64,000 nt of DNA from an uncultured delta proteobacterium. Lineage in GTDB: Bacteria; Myxococcota; Myxococcia; Myxococcales; Anaeromyxobacteraceae. The DNA is taken from assembly GCA_963766715.1 (NCBI GenBank), contig CAVYBH010000012.1, forward strand, positions 416,001-480,000. The letters run 5' to 3'. Each line of letters starts with the position of its first letter. Within the stretch, counting starts at the first letter, position 1. The notes under the pieces were generated by a model, which saw only the letters and a list, made by a program, of their open reading frames with translations, did no database searches and was not told the origin of the DNA. Shown piece by piece: positions 1-11,710 of the stretch. Made by a program: the position numbers and the translations under genes.

Positions 1-362
1 TGGGTCTGTGTGGTCCCGAGCTTCACGAGGGACCAGGACTGCATGACGTAGCTCTGGATGTACGCGCGAATCCACCAGACCGCGTAGGAGACGAGCCGGA
101 TGCCCTGGTCGGGGTCGAACTTCTCCACCCCGCGCATGAGTCCCAGGTTCCCCTCCTGGATCAGGTCGGCGACCCGGAGCCCGTAGCCCCGGTAGCCGTT
201 CGCGATCTTGACGACGAACCTCAGGTTCGCGGTCACGAGCTTCTTGGCGGCCTTCCGGTCGCCGGTGTCGCGGAACGCGCGGGCGAGGGCCAGTTCCTCC
301 TCCGGGGAGAGGAGAGGGTGGCGGCTGACCTCGGCAAGGTACTGTTCCAGGTGTCGGTGCAT
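1..362 (-). CDS. RpoH/sigma-32 family RNA polymerase sigma factor (N-terminal part; runs off window start)
   Basis: Manual translation: [27 protein letters not shown]...[10 protein letters not shown]...[49 protein letters not shown]. Shows regions 1.2 and 2 and the start of the RpoH box. Absent from the ORF track. Confidence 0.92.
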   Translation of the reverse strand, partial: MHRHLEQYLAEVSRHPLLSPEEELALARAFRDTGDRKAAKKLVTANLRFVVKIANGYRGYGLRVADLIQEGNLGLMRGVEKFDPDQGIRLVSYAVWWIRAYIQSYVMQSWSLVKLGTTQT

Positions 363-387
363 GCGGACCCCCTTCGCTCTCTTGCAG

Positions 388-403
388 AGCAACTCGGATG
401 CCA
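388..403 (-). promoter_or_regulatory. sigma54 (-24/-12) promoter of the RpoH-family sigma gene
   Basis: Minus strand TGGCATCCGAGTTGCT matches TGGCAC-N5-TTGCW with exact GG-N10-GC spacing, 26 nt before the ATG. Confidence 0.75.
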
Positions 404-637
404 CTCTCGGTGAGGGGAAACGCAACGGGTCGCGGACGGAGCCGCGCCGCCACAGGCGAAGGGAATGGCCTGATCAGGGCAGCTTGGCCGCCTGGGACGG
501 CGATGACCTCCCCGATGGAGGGGCCGGAAGATAGGGGGATCCCCAAATGGTCGGCGGTGTGGGTTCTGACCCATCCGGGTGCGGCATAACCCTTGCGCAG
601 CGGGGAATTGCACCGCATCGTGAGGGTTACATCGGCC

Positions 638-1325
638 ATGAGCGACCTTCATCCACATCCATCATCCACTGCCGAGAGCCATCCGGACCCCGAGGAGAAG
701 GCGAGCCACCTCGCCTTCGTTGCCCACGAGAATCCGCAATCCCCTCTCGACCGCCCTGTGGAGCGTGGAGTTGCTCGCCCGGATGACGCCCGAGGAGCGC
801 GGAGGTGCTCGCGGCGAGAAGCTCTCGCGCATGTCCCTCCGGGCGCTCAGCCGGCTCCGCAGGCTGGTGGAGGACCACCTCCTCGCTGCCCGCCTGGACG
901 TCGGCGGCATCCCGGTCGAGGTCGAGGAGATCCCGGCCCGGGAGATCTTCCCCGGGGCGGCCGTCCTCGGAGCCGCCTCCCTCGAGCTGGAGCTCGAGTC
1001 CGGCCTCTCGGTCGTCGCCGACCCCGGGCTGGCCCGGCGCGCCGTGGAGGGGCTGCTGCTCTCGGCTGCCCGGGACGGGGCGGACGTTCGGGTGGTCGGA
1101 ACGCGGCGGGGAAGGATGGCGCGATTCCGGGTCACCGGTTCGCCCGCCTCGGCGGGAGAGCTCGCCGACCCGCTTCGCGGCCACCCGGGCGACACCCGGG
1201 GCGCGGCGCTCGCCCCCTCCGTCTCCCGGCGCGCCTGTGCGCTCCTGGGCGGGTCGATCCGCGTCGAGGGGGAGGCCTGGGTCCTCGAGCTTCCCGCACC
1301 GGACGCGCCGAAGAGCCAGAGCTAG
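638..1325 (+). CDS. Sensorless histidine kinase-like protein (HisKA plus degenerate HATPase); indel near 730
   Basis: Joining frames gives H-box LAFVAHE-IRNPLSTALWSVELL. N and G boxes are degenerate. Confidence 0.75.
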
Positions 1326-1341
1326 CCGCGGCCCGGAAGTC

Positions 1342-1370
1342 TTGACAGGGAGGGGGCCCTCCGCTACAAG
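1342..1370 (+). promoter_or_regulatory. sigma70 promoter of rplC
   Basis: TTGACA-17 bp-TACAAG upstream of rplC. Confidence 0.7.
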
Positions 1371-1445
1371 TCCGCGCTCCCAATCCGTTTTTCTGCACGT
1401 CCTCTCCGGCCAGCCGTCGCGGGGCGGACCAATGCGAGGTGTCAC

Positions 1446-2156
1446 ATGGCTACTGGTCTCCTGGGTCGCAAGGTCGGCATGACCCACATCTTCACCCCCG
1501 ACGGCGACTGCGTTCCCGTCACCGTTCTCGAGATGGGCCCCTGCACCGTCATCCGTCGCAAGACGGCCGACAAGGACGGCTACGACGCCGTGGTGCTCGG
1601 CTTCGGCGAGGTCCCCGAGAAGAAGGAGAAGCGGCTCTCCAAGGCCGAGGTCGGCGTCTTCAAGAAGGCCGGCACGCCGGTCTTCCGCCACCTGAAGGAA
1701 GTCCGCCCCCGCGACCCGAAGCTCCTCGGCGAGCTCAAGACGGGCGACGTCGTGAAGGTCGACCAGGTCTTCAAGATCGACCAGCGCGTCGACGTGACCG
1801 GCACCAGCAAGGGGCGCGGCTTCGCCGGCGTCTTCAAGCGCTGGGGAATGAAGGGCGCCGCCCGCGACTCGTCCACGGCCCACGAGCACCACCGGCACCC
1901 GGGCGCGATCGGTCAGCGCAAGACGCCCGGCAAGGTGTGGAAGGGCAAGCACCTCCCCGGCCAGTACGGCGTCGACAACATCACCACCCAGAACCTGACG
2001 GTCGCCGGCATCGAGGCCGAGGGGAACCTCCTCCTCGTGAAGGGCGCAGTGGCCGGCCACGCCGACGGGCTCGTCTTCGTCGACACCGCCTCCAAGGGAC
2101 AGCCCCGCCCCAAGAAGAAGCAGGAAGTCCGCGAGCGCGCCAAGCCGAAGGTCTAG
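1446..2156 (+). CDS. rplC: 50S ribosomal protein L3
   Basis: GLLGRKVGMTHIF...PVTVLE...DVTGTSKGRGFAG...GKVWKGKHLPGQYG; SD GAGGT. Confidence 0.98.
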   Translation: MATGLLGRKVGMTHIFTPDGDCVPVTVLEMGPCTVIRRKTADKDGYDAVVLGFGEVPEKKEKRLSKAEVGVFKKAGTPVFRHLKEVRPRDPKLLGELKTGDVVKVDQVFKIDQRVDVTGTSKGRGFAGVFKRWGMKGAARDSSTAHEHHRHPGAIGQRKTPGKVWKGKHLPGQYGVDNITTQNLTVAGIEAEGNLLLVKGAVAGHADGLVFVDTASKGQPRPKKKQEVRERAKPKV

Positions 2157-2190
2157 CCAGGCGGCCCGGACGTCCGGACCTCCGGACGAA

Positions 2191-2222
2191 AAAAGGGGTG
2201 GCGAGCGATCGCCACCCCTTTT
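2191..2222. terminator. Bidirectional intrinsic terminator between rplC and typA
   Basis: Perfect 14-bp inverted repeat AAAAGGGGTGGCGA-gcga-TCGCCACCCCTTTT. Confidence 0.9.
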
Positions 2223-2250
2223 CCTTTCCGGGAACCGGTCCGGACTTCGG

Positions 2251-4113
<1,863 letters not shown>

Positions 4114-4199
4114 GGGAGGGGGGAGCGGCGCGTCTCATATACGCGCTGCGTCGAACGGGCAAGGGAAAACCCCCGGCGGGTGGCCGGCAGGAGGCAAGG

Positions 4200-4589
4200 A
4201 TGGAGGGCGTGAAGGGGCTTCACCACGTCGCGCTTCGCTGCGTCGATCTGGAGAAAAGCGTCGACTTCTACGGCGGCGTCCTCGGGCTGGAGGTGCTGCG
4301 CCGGTGGCCCGGGGAGGGCGGAGCGGAGCGGAGCGTCTGGCTGTCCACGGGTCCGGGATTCCTCGCCCTGGAGCGGGCGACGGGACCGGCGGGGGCGGGC
4401 GCGTTCGAGGACACCCCGGCGGGGTGGCAGGTGGTGGCGCTCCAGATCGCGCGCGCCGACCGGGGGGCCTGGGAGGAGCGACTGGGCGGCAAGGGCGTGG
4501 CGCTCGCCCGGCGCACGCCGTTCTCGCTCTTCTTCCAGGACCCGGAGGGAAACCGCGTGGCGCTCTCCCACTGGCCGGAGGAGGCGTGA
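4200..4589 (+). CDS. VOC (glyoxalase/bleomycin resistance) family protein
   Basis: [24 protein letters not shown]...[12 protein letters not shown]. Confidence 0.88.
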   Translation: MEGVKGLHHVALRCVDLEKSVDFYGGVLGLEVLRRWPGEGGAERSVWLSTGPGFLALERATGPAGAGAFEDTPAGWQVVALQIARADRGAWEERLGGKGVALARRTPFSLFFQDPEGNRVALSHWPEEA

Positions 4590-5297
4590 CCTTCGACCGC
4601 CGGCGCTTCGCCCGGGACAATTATCTCTACCTGCTGACCGAGGGCGAGGACGCGGCCCTGGTCGATCCCGCCGACCCGGAGGTCGCCCTGGAACTCGCCC
4701 GGAGCCGGGGGGTTCGCCCGCGATGGATCCTGCACACCCACGGCCACGCCGACCACTCGGGCGGGAGCGCCCGGCTTCGCGGCGAGCTCGGGGCGGAGGT
4801 GCTCGGGCACGGTGGGGATGCCGACAGGTTCGCTCCGGACCGGGACCTCGCCGGGGTGGCCGAGCTCGAGCTCGGGCGCCTCCGCCTCCGGGTTCACCCC
4901 GCGCCCGGGACACACCCCCGGGTCGGTGCTGCTGGAGTGGCAGGGGAAGCTCCTCACCGGCGACACGCTCTTCTGGGGCGGATGCGGCAACTGCCGGAGC
5001 GGCGGCGACCCCGTACGGCTGGCCGAGACCTTCCGCACGGTCTTCCCGCGGCTCGACCCCCGGCTGGAGGTGCACCCGGGGCACGACTACGCGGAGGCCA
5101 ACCTCGGCTTCGTCATCGACCGGGAGCCGGGAAACCTGGCGGCCGTCGGCCGCCTCGCCGCGGTCCGGGGTGCGCGAAGCGCGGGGGTCGAGCCGGAGGC
5201 GAGCGACCTCTCGGAGGAGGTGCTCGTGAACCCCTTCCTGAGGGCCCCGGACGAGGCGGCCTTCCTGAGGCTGCGCGGACTGCGCGATTGGTGGTGA
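4586..5297 (+). CDS. gloB: Hydroxyacylglutathione hydrolase (glyoxalase II-like MBL fold); indel near 4910
   Basis: [53 protein letters not shown]. Confidence 0.8.
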
Positions 5298-5339
5298 TGG
5301 GACGCGTCCGGGCCTGCTAGGATCCCGCTCGCGGGAGGT

Positions 5340-6050
<711 letters not shown>

Positions 6051-6054
6051 GTAC

Positions 6055-6090
6055 AAAGAGGGGTTAGCCGAGCGGCTAGCCCCTCTTTTC
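6055..6090 (+). terminator. Intrinsic terminator after tRNA-Val
   Basis: AAAGAGGGGTTAGCC...GGCTAGCCCCTCTTTTC hairpin with U tract. Confidence 0.8.
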
Positions 6091-6104
6091 TTGCCCGGAA
6101 TCGG

Positions 6105-6126
6105 CTGCGGGCACGTCTGCGGGCAC
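6105..6126 (+). repeat. 10-bp direct repeat CTGCGGGCAC x2 (12-bp period)
   Basis: Copies at 6105-6114 and 6117-6126 just after the tRNA terminator. Confidence 0.8.
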
Positions 6127-6330
6127 ACGCTTCCGGTTCCCGGTGACTCCTGGGGAACTCCAGCCCTACCGGAGTCCCACCCGACGACGCACGCTCCCTG
6201 ACCTGACGCGCCTCACGAGAGCCGACTCCACGTCCGCGGGGCGGGAAGGCCTACCTGGAGTGCAAGGTCGATGGCGATTGCGGCAAGGATCCCACCTGCC
6301 GGGATGCCGGCACGGCGTACCGGACCACCC

Positions 6331-6573
6331 CTACCGCCCCGCGATCCATCCCGCCACTCCGACTGGGTGACCTGCATCCGCGCCATCTACGAATGAGCAC
6401 GCCGTGCCAGCGTCGAGGCGCAACGCCTCTGTGACGCCAGCGGTCCAGGCATCTGCCAACGACATGAACCAACAGTTCAGGGCGACGCCATCCAAGTCCG
6501 CCGTCCACCGATTGTGGGTGGCGGTCACTTCGAGCGTGTGCGCTCCGACCGCGTAGGCCCATTTCGTCATCAT
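6331..6573 (-). CDS. Small hypothetical protein (80 aa, Trp-rich)
   Basis: MMTKWAYAVGAHTLEVTATHNRWTADLDG...ADAWTAGVTEALRLD, with G-rich SD GAGGGGG upstream. Confidence 0.5.
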   Translation of the reverse strand: MMTKWAYAVGAHTLEVTATHNRWTADLDGVALNCWFMSLADAWTAGVTEALRLDAGTACSFVDGADAGHPVGVAGWIAGR

Positions 6574-6846
6574 CACCACCCCCTCTACCCTCAGTTGAGT
6601 CGAAATCTGCGGCTCGCCAAAGACCATGAGCGCCCGTCGAGTGACCTGGGGATGAGTGCCGCGCCTACAGTCCCGTACCTGCTCTGTTTCGCTCGGATCA
6701 GCGGGCAAGAATGCCGACGCGGGCGCTCGCACTGGTAGCGAACGGATCGCCGGCCCGCCTGTCGTCCAGTCTGCGCGAAGCTCGTCGTCGAAGGAGTCCG
6801 TGAAGACGCTTCGAGGTCCCTCGCGGCGGGTGCTACGCTTCTGGGT

Positions 6847-7434
6847 GTGCCCGTCCCTATCTCCGTCCGCGGCTATCTGGTCGCCAGCCTGTTCACCCTC
6901 ACGGCCTGCGCGACGGTCCCCGTCAAGGACCCGGCACCCACCGTTGCTGCTGTCCAGGCGGAGAGGCCGGTCGTGAAGGCGGCCCCTGCTCCTTCGGCGA
7001 AGGAGCAGGTTGCGTTCGGCTTCTCGAAGGGCATGACGCTGACGCAGGCGAACGCCCTCGTGTCGCTCCGGCTGCTGCCCAGGAACTCAGCCACCTTCGC
7101 GACGAGGAGGATGCCGGTCCCGCACCCTCCGTTCTCCGAGGTGCTGGTCGAAATCTCCCCGACCGTTGGCCTGTGTCGAGTCGTGGCGTCGACCCTGGCC
7201 ACGGAGGCAGAGCGGGCGGCACCCCAGCTCGAGGCCGTACTTCGTGAACTCGTCGGGCGGCATGGCACCCCCGAGGCGGATGTCGGGAGGGACCCCACCG
7301 CGCGCGCCGTGTGGGCGGAGCCCTTCGGCCCGGGAAGCGCGGTCTGGGTCTATGAGACGAAGGATTCAAAGGGCTCCTCCACGGTCGTCGTCGACTACCT
7401 CTTCACCAACTACCAGACGTGCCGCGACGAATGA
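6847..7434 (+). CDS. Putative lipoprotein
   Basis: Hydrophobic N-terminus with lipobox LTAC, Ala/Pro linker, FGFSKGMT motif. Confidence 0.7.
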   Translation: MPVPISVRGYLVASLFTLTACATVPVKDPAPTVAAVQAERPVVKAAPAPSAKEQVAFGFSKGMTLTQANALVSLRLLPRNSATFATRRMPVPHPPFSEVLVEISPTVGLCRVVASTLATEAERAAPQLEAVLRELVGRHGTPEADVGRDPTARAVWAEPFGPGSAVWVYETKDSKGSSTVVVDYLFTNYQTCRDE

Positions 7435-7615
7435 GAGTGGGGGCACTTCACCCCGCGTGCCACATCTTCGTTGTGCCCATTCCCCTCGACTGCCCCGACT
7501 CGCTGATGCCGACCCCCGTGCGACGTTCCCGGCGTGAACTAAGCGATGGGCACGCAGATTGGCGTGACCTATTCTCCAACGTCGCCGCGGGGGTTGATTC
7601 GGGGCAGAGGGGACC

Positions 7616-7795
7616 ATGCCGAAGTTGAATGAAGGGATGACGATGGACCAAGTGAAGGGCCTCCTGGGCCTCCCCGAGAGCATCGCGATGACGGGGGGCA
7701 CGCGCGTCGGGGCTCCGGGGCAGGACCCCTTCGTCCACCGCGACATGAACGGTTTCCTCGACGCCTCCCCTGGCAGTGCCCCCCGGGACACGTGA
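7616..7795 (+). CDS. 59-aa small ORF with BamE/SmpA-like GMT..V..LLG.P motif
   Basis: MPKLNEGMTMDQVKGLLGLPESIAMTGG...; SD GAGGGG; stop overlaps the next start (GTGA). Below the ORF-track cutoff. Confidence 0.5.
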   Translation: MPKLNEGMTMDQVKGLLGLPESIAMTGGTRVGAPGQDPFVHRDMNGFLDASPGSAPRDT

Positions 7796-8955
7796 GGGTC
7801 CTCGCGCTGGCGGTGCTGCTCGGCTTCAGCTGGGCCAACCGGGCCGGCTGCTGCTGGCTGGCCGGCCACACGCCGTACACGGTCCGCCCGTCCCCACCCG
7901 GGCAGGGCGCGCCCCCTCCGGCGGAGCCGCCGGCGCTTCGCGCGCTCCTCTTCGCCGACTTCGGCGACGACACGTGCCAGCAGGCCGCCGTGGCGAAGGC
8001 GATGGCGGGGTCCAACGCGCGCGCGCCCTTCAATCTCGCCTTCTCGGCGGGCGACAACATCTACGAATGTGGACCGGATCCGCGCCTCCCGGGTGCGGCC
8101 GCATGCGCCTTCGCGGCGGACGGGAACACGGTGACGCCCGGCTATCGCGCGCCGGAGGATCCCCGCTTCAGGAAGCTCTTCGAGGCGCCGCTGACGCCGG
8201 TCGCCACCGGCGGCCGGCCCGTTCCCGTGTATCTCGCACTGGGCAACCACGACCAGAACACCGGCGCGAACTGCCGGGAGGGTGACCTCGATCCCCGGTC
8301 ACTCGGCCGCGTGCGCGCCTGCCTGGAGGTGGCGCACGAGGGGCCTCGGTGGCGGATGCCGGGGCGCCACTACACCGTGGACGAGGGAGGCGCCCGGTTC
8401 GTGGTCCTCGACTCGAACCTGCTCGTCGCGGACTACGGCGGCTTCACGCTCGACGGCGAGGCGGCGTTCCTTCGCGAGGCCACGAAGGGCTGCGAGCAGC
8501 GCCCGTGCTTCGTGGTGGCTCACCATCCTCCGGCGAGCGCCGCCCACGGCGACGGCGATGCATCCCCGGCCGACGACCAGTTCGCCGATCGGGTGCGGCG
8601 CCTCCAGGGAGCGATGAGCGCCCCCGTCGCCGCCTGGCTCTCCGGGCACGACCACGACCTCCAGCACCTGCGAAGCCCGGCGGGCTTCGACGTGTTCGTC
8701 TCCGGCAACGGATCTCGCTGGCGGGACGAGAAGTTCGAGAAGATTCGCCCCCCCGGCACCGAGCTCTTCTTCGCCTCCACCGCATGGGGCTTCGCCGTGC
8801 TGGAGGTGTGGCCCGCCGGCTGGTCGGTCCGCTTCGAGGACGTGAACGGCGAGCCCCTGCATTGCTGCCAGGCCACGTTCCCCGGGAACTGCAAGCCGGT
8901 CACCTGTGGACGGATGCCACAGGGTCCGAGCCGGCGCGGCTCGTCGTCGCCCTAG
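7792..8955 (+). CDS. Secreted metallophosphoesterase, purple acid phosphatase-like
   Basis: Signal peptide; motifs DFG, GDNIY, GNHD, HHP, GHDH. Confidence 0.88.
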   Translation: MRVLALAVLLGFSWANRAGCCWLAGHTPYTVRPSPPGQGAPPPAEPPALRALLFADFGDDTCQQAAVAKAMAGSNARAPFNLAFSAGDNIYECGPDPRLPGAAACAFAADGNTVTPGYRAPEDPRFRKLFEAPLTPVATGGRPVPVYLALGNHDQNTGANCREGDLDPRSLGRVRACLEVAHEGPRWRMPGRHYTVDEGGARFVVLDSNLLVADYGGFTLDGEAAFLREATKGCEQRPCFVVAHHPPASAAHGDGDASPADDQFADRVRRLQGAMSAPVAAWLSGHDHDLQHLRSPAGFDVFVSGNGSRWRDEKFEKIRPPGTELFFASTAWGFAVLEVWPAGWSVRFEDVNGEPLHCCQATFPGNCKPVTCGRMPQGPSRRGSSSP

Positions 8956-8957
8956 CA

Positions 8958-9770
8958 TCACGCCAGGGCCTTGCGGCGTCCCTTCCTCACCTTGATGGCG
9001 AAGGACCACAGCCGGTCGGCGCGGCGGACGCCGATGCGGGTGATCTCGAAGTCGGTGGCCAGCGGCAGCGGGTTCACCCGGTTCCCGATGCGGAAGGCCA
9101 GCTGGATTCCGCTCCGGCGCAGCGTCGCGAAGAACGCCTCCCTCTGCGCGGGTTGCTTGCGCGGGTAGGCGCCGAACGGGTACGCCAGGACGGGCTGCAC
9201 CGGGATGCCGTGCCCGGCGAAGAAGGCGAAGGATTCCGCGATCTCCTTCTCCACCTCGATCGGGGCCAGCGTCGCGAAGCTCCGGTGGGTGGACGAGTGG
9301 AGCCCGATCTGCACGCCGGCGCGGACGAGCGCGCCGAGCATGGCCGCGTCCAGGAACGGCGTGAGGCGCCCCGCGTATTCCATCTCGCGACCGACGAAGG
9401 AGGAGACGACGAAGAGGCCCGCCGGGACCTGGTGGCGTTGCAGCACCGGGAGGAGATGCTCGAAGTGGTCCCGTGTCCCGTCGTCGAAGGTGAGCAGGAC
9501 GGGCCGGTCCGGCAACGGCGTCCCGTGCGCACGGTGGGCCAGGAGGTCCGAGAAGGCGACGAAGGAGTGGCCCTGGGCCTTCAGCCACCCGATCTGCCTG
9601 TCCAGCTCGGCCACCGCCACGGAGTCCCGCGCCGGGTACTCCCCGATCCGGTGGTACATCAGCACGCGAAGGCCCCCTCGCGGCGCGGGCGCGAGGAGAT
9701 TGAGCTCGAGGTGGAGCACGACGACCGCGATGGCCGCGGCGCAGAGGGCGAGGACGACGGGGACGCTCAC
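8958..9770 (-). CDS. Polysaccharide deacetylase (CE4/NodB family)
   Basis: N-terminal TM, VLMYHRI, LLTFDDG, IGLHSSTH, AYPFG. Confidence 0.9.
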   Translation of the reverse strand: MSVPVVLALCAAAIAVVVLHLELNLLAPAPRGGLRVLMYHRIGEYPARDSVAVAELDRQIGWLKAQGHSFVAFSDLLAHRAHGTPLPDRPVLLTFDDGTRDHFEHLLPVLQRHQVPAGLFVVSSFVGREMEYAGRLTPFLDAAMLGALVRAGVQIGLHSSTHRSFATLAPIEVEKEIAESFAFFAGHGIPVQPVLAYPFGAYPRKQPAQREAFFATLRRSGIQLAFRIGNRVNPLPLATDFEITRIGVRRADRLWSFAIKVRKGRRKALA

Positions 9771-10528
9771 TCCGCGCGCCTCATCTCGTCGAGCTTCAGG
9801 TACTTCATCACCGCGGAGGTCGCGTGGAGGAAGGACCAGGTGAGACCCGGGGCGCCATTGAGGACGTTGCGCTGCATCACGTAGCTCTTGAGGAAGTAGA
9901 TCGGCCAGGCGAGGACCGCCAGCGATCGCGAGCGGCGCACGCCGGAGGCGTGAAGGGCCCTGGCTCCACGGGTGGTGTAATCGTTCATCTTCGCGAGGCC
10001 GTGCGACAGGTCGCGGATGCTGTGGTGGAAGAGCGGGTGTTGCAGCAAGCCCGACCGGACCCCGGGCGGTGATTCCCTCGTGAAGCGTGCCGGTCGTTGT
10101 ACGCGGCTCGCCTCCGGTCGAAGAGCCGGACGTGCCGATCCCTCGCGTGCTTCCCGTGCCGGAAGGCATGGCCCTGGAAGACGAGCGTCATCTGCACCAG
10201 GAACGCGGCCTCGGGGACCTCTTCCCGGGCCATCACCGCCCGGATCTCCTCGTTCAGGGCCGGGGTGAGCACCTCGTCGGCGTCCAGGGCGAGCACCCAG
10301 TCGTTCGCGGCCAGTCCCGCCGCGAAGCGCTTCTGGGTGCTGAAGTCGTCGAACCGGCGGGCGGTCACCCGGCAGCCCCTGGCCTGGCAGAATCTCGACG
10401 GTGCGGTCGTCGCTGCCGCCGTCGACCACGAGGATCTCGTCGGCGCACGAGATGGCGTCGAGCGTACGGCCAATCCGCGCCTCCTCGTTCAGCGTGATGA
10501 TGGCCACCGAGAGCTTCCGCGGAACCAT
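9767..10528 (-). CDS. Glycosyltransferase family 2 (LPS beta-glucosyltransferase-like); several indels
   Basis: LSVAIITLNEEARI...VVDGGSDDRT / FSTQKRFA..NDWVLALDADE / KMNDYT...KYLKL across frames. Confidence 0.85.
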   Translation of the reverse strand: MVPRKLSVAIITLNEEARIGRTLDAISCADEILVVDGGSDDRTVEILPGQGLPGDRPPVRRLQHPEALRGGTGRERLGARPGRRRGAHPGPERGDPGGDGPGRGPRGRVPGADDARLPGPCLPAREAREGSARPALRPEASRVQRPARFTRESPPGVRSGLLQHPLFHHSIRDLSHGLAKMNDYTTRGARALHASGVRRSRSLAVLAWPIYFLKSYVMQRNVLNGAPGLTWSFLHATSAVMKYLKLDEMRRAE

Positions 10529-10692
10529 GTCGCTCCTCTGGGCGCAACTGTACCCTGACCGTGTCCTGGTTTCCTGGTAGCCCGATCGTGGGGCTACGAA
10601 GGCGAGGCAAAAGGCGTCTGATGGCTTCGACGCCGGAGTGAGGGGGGCGATCGTCCTGCCGAGGCGGGACAATCGCACCGGCGGGTCCCAGG

Positions 10693-11166
10693 TCAGCCGG
10701 CGCCTCCACCTTCCTCGCCTGACGAGTTGGCCGCCCGTTCCCGCCTGCCGAAGAGCCAGTAGCCCGTCCAGGCGCCGGCCGCGGTCCCCGTGAGGGCGAC
10801 GGTCCCGGCCACGACCCCGGCGATCCACTCGGCGCCGGGATCCCCGCTCATCAACCGGCTCAGCACCAGGGCGGCGACGACGGCCACCACGAGCCCGAGG
10901 ACCATCCCCACGCCGCCCCCGTCGACGACCGCTGCCGCCCGGGGGTTGCGCTGCCTCAGGCGGCTCCGCAGCAGCAGCGCGAAGAGGAAGACGGCGACCA
11001 GGGCGAACGGGACGATCAGGAGCCTGGACTCGGGATCGAGGGCGGCGAAGGCGACGACCAGCACCGCCGCGATGCCCATCGCCACGAGGGCCATCAGGCC
11101 CTTCAGGTTGGTGAGGATGAGGACGGCCAGGACAATCGCCACCGCCATCTCGAGGACCCGGATCAC
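10693..11166 (-). CDS. Hypothetical membrane protein
   Basis: 157 aa with about five hydrophobic segments; SD GGAG. Confidence 0.65.
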   Translation of the reverse strand: MIRVLEMAVAIVLAVLILTNLKGLMALVAMGIAAVLVVAFAALDPESRLLIVPFALVAVFLFALLLRSRLRQRNPRAAAVVDGGGVGMVLGLVVAVVAALVLSRLMSGDPGAEWIAGVVAGTVALTGTAAGAWTGYWLFGRRERAANSSGEEGGGAG

Positions 11167-11208
11167 GGTGTGTCTCCCGCCGTGGGCATGGAGCTCACCT
11201 TACCCCGA

Positions 11209-11691
11209 TCAGTGAAGCGTGCAGGCCCCGTACTCCGCCGTCGGCGTGGCCCGGGCGCAGAGGAGCGCGCCGCACTCGCCGTCGGTCCGGCACTTGCGCC
11301 CCACGATGTCGACGCTGGCCATCTCGATGACCGACTCGTTCAGGGCCGTGCTCTGGGGCTGACGGCACAGGTAGGTGACGCTCGTGGCGAAGACGGGGGA
11401 GGAGCCCGACGAGGCCACCGCGATCGGCCCGATGGAGTAGCCGATCCCCGTGGAGGTGGTCTGGCCGGTCTGGACCTGCGCGATCTCGACCACCTCGTAG
11501 ACGCCGCGGCAGTGCTGCTCGATGGCGGACACCGCCTGTCGCATGGCCGCCGGGGCGCCCGAGCCGTCTCCGACGAGGATCGTCCCGCCGTCGGTGGCCT
11601 TCCTGACCTGCCGTGCCGTCGCGGCCTGGACGCAGCCGGCCGCGAGCATCGCGATGGCCAGTGCGGAGCACGAGCCGAGGAATCTCGTCAT
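11209..11691 (-). CDS. Putative lipoprotein with Cys-rich C-terminus
   Basis: Lipobox AAGC; C-terminal C-x5-C-x4-C...GAC. Confidence 0.7.
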   Translation of the reverse strand: MTRFLGSCSALAIAMLAAGCVQAATARQVRKATDGGTILVGDGSGAPAAMRQAVSAIEQHCRGVYEVVEIAQVQTGQTTSTGIGYSIGPIAVASSGSSPVFATSVTYLCRQPQSTALNESVIEMASVDIVGRKCRTDGECGALLCARATPTAEYGACTLH

Positions 11692-11710
11692 GGACGGAGC
11701 CTAACCCAAC

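Noticed and set aside
4200..5297. VOC plus GloB pair as a novel system
   Set aside because: Consistent with an ordinary glyoxalase-type detoxification pair.
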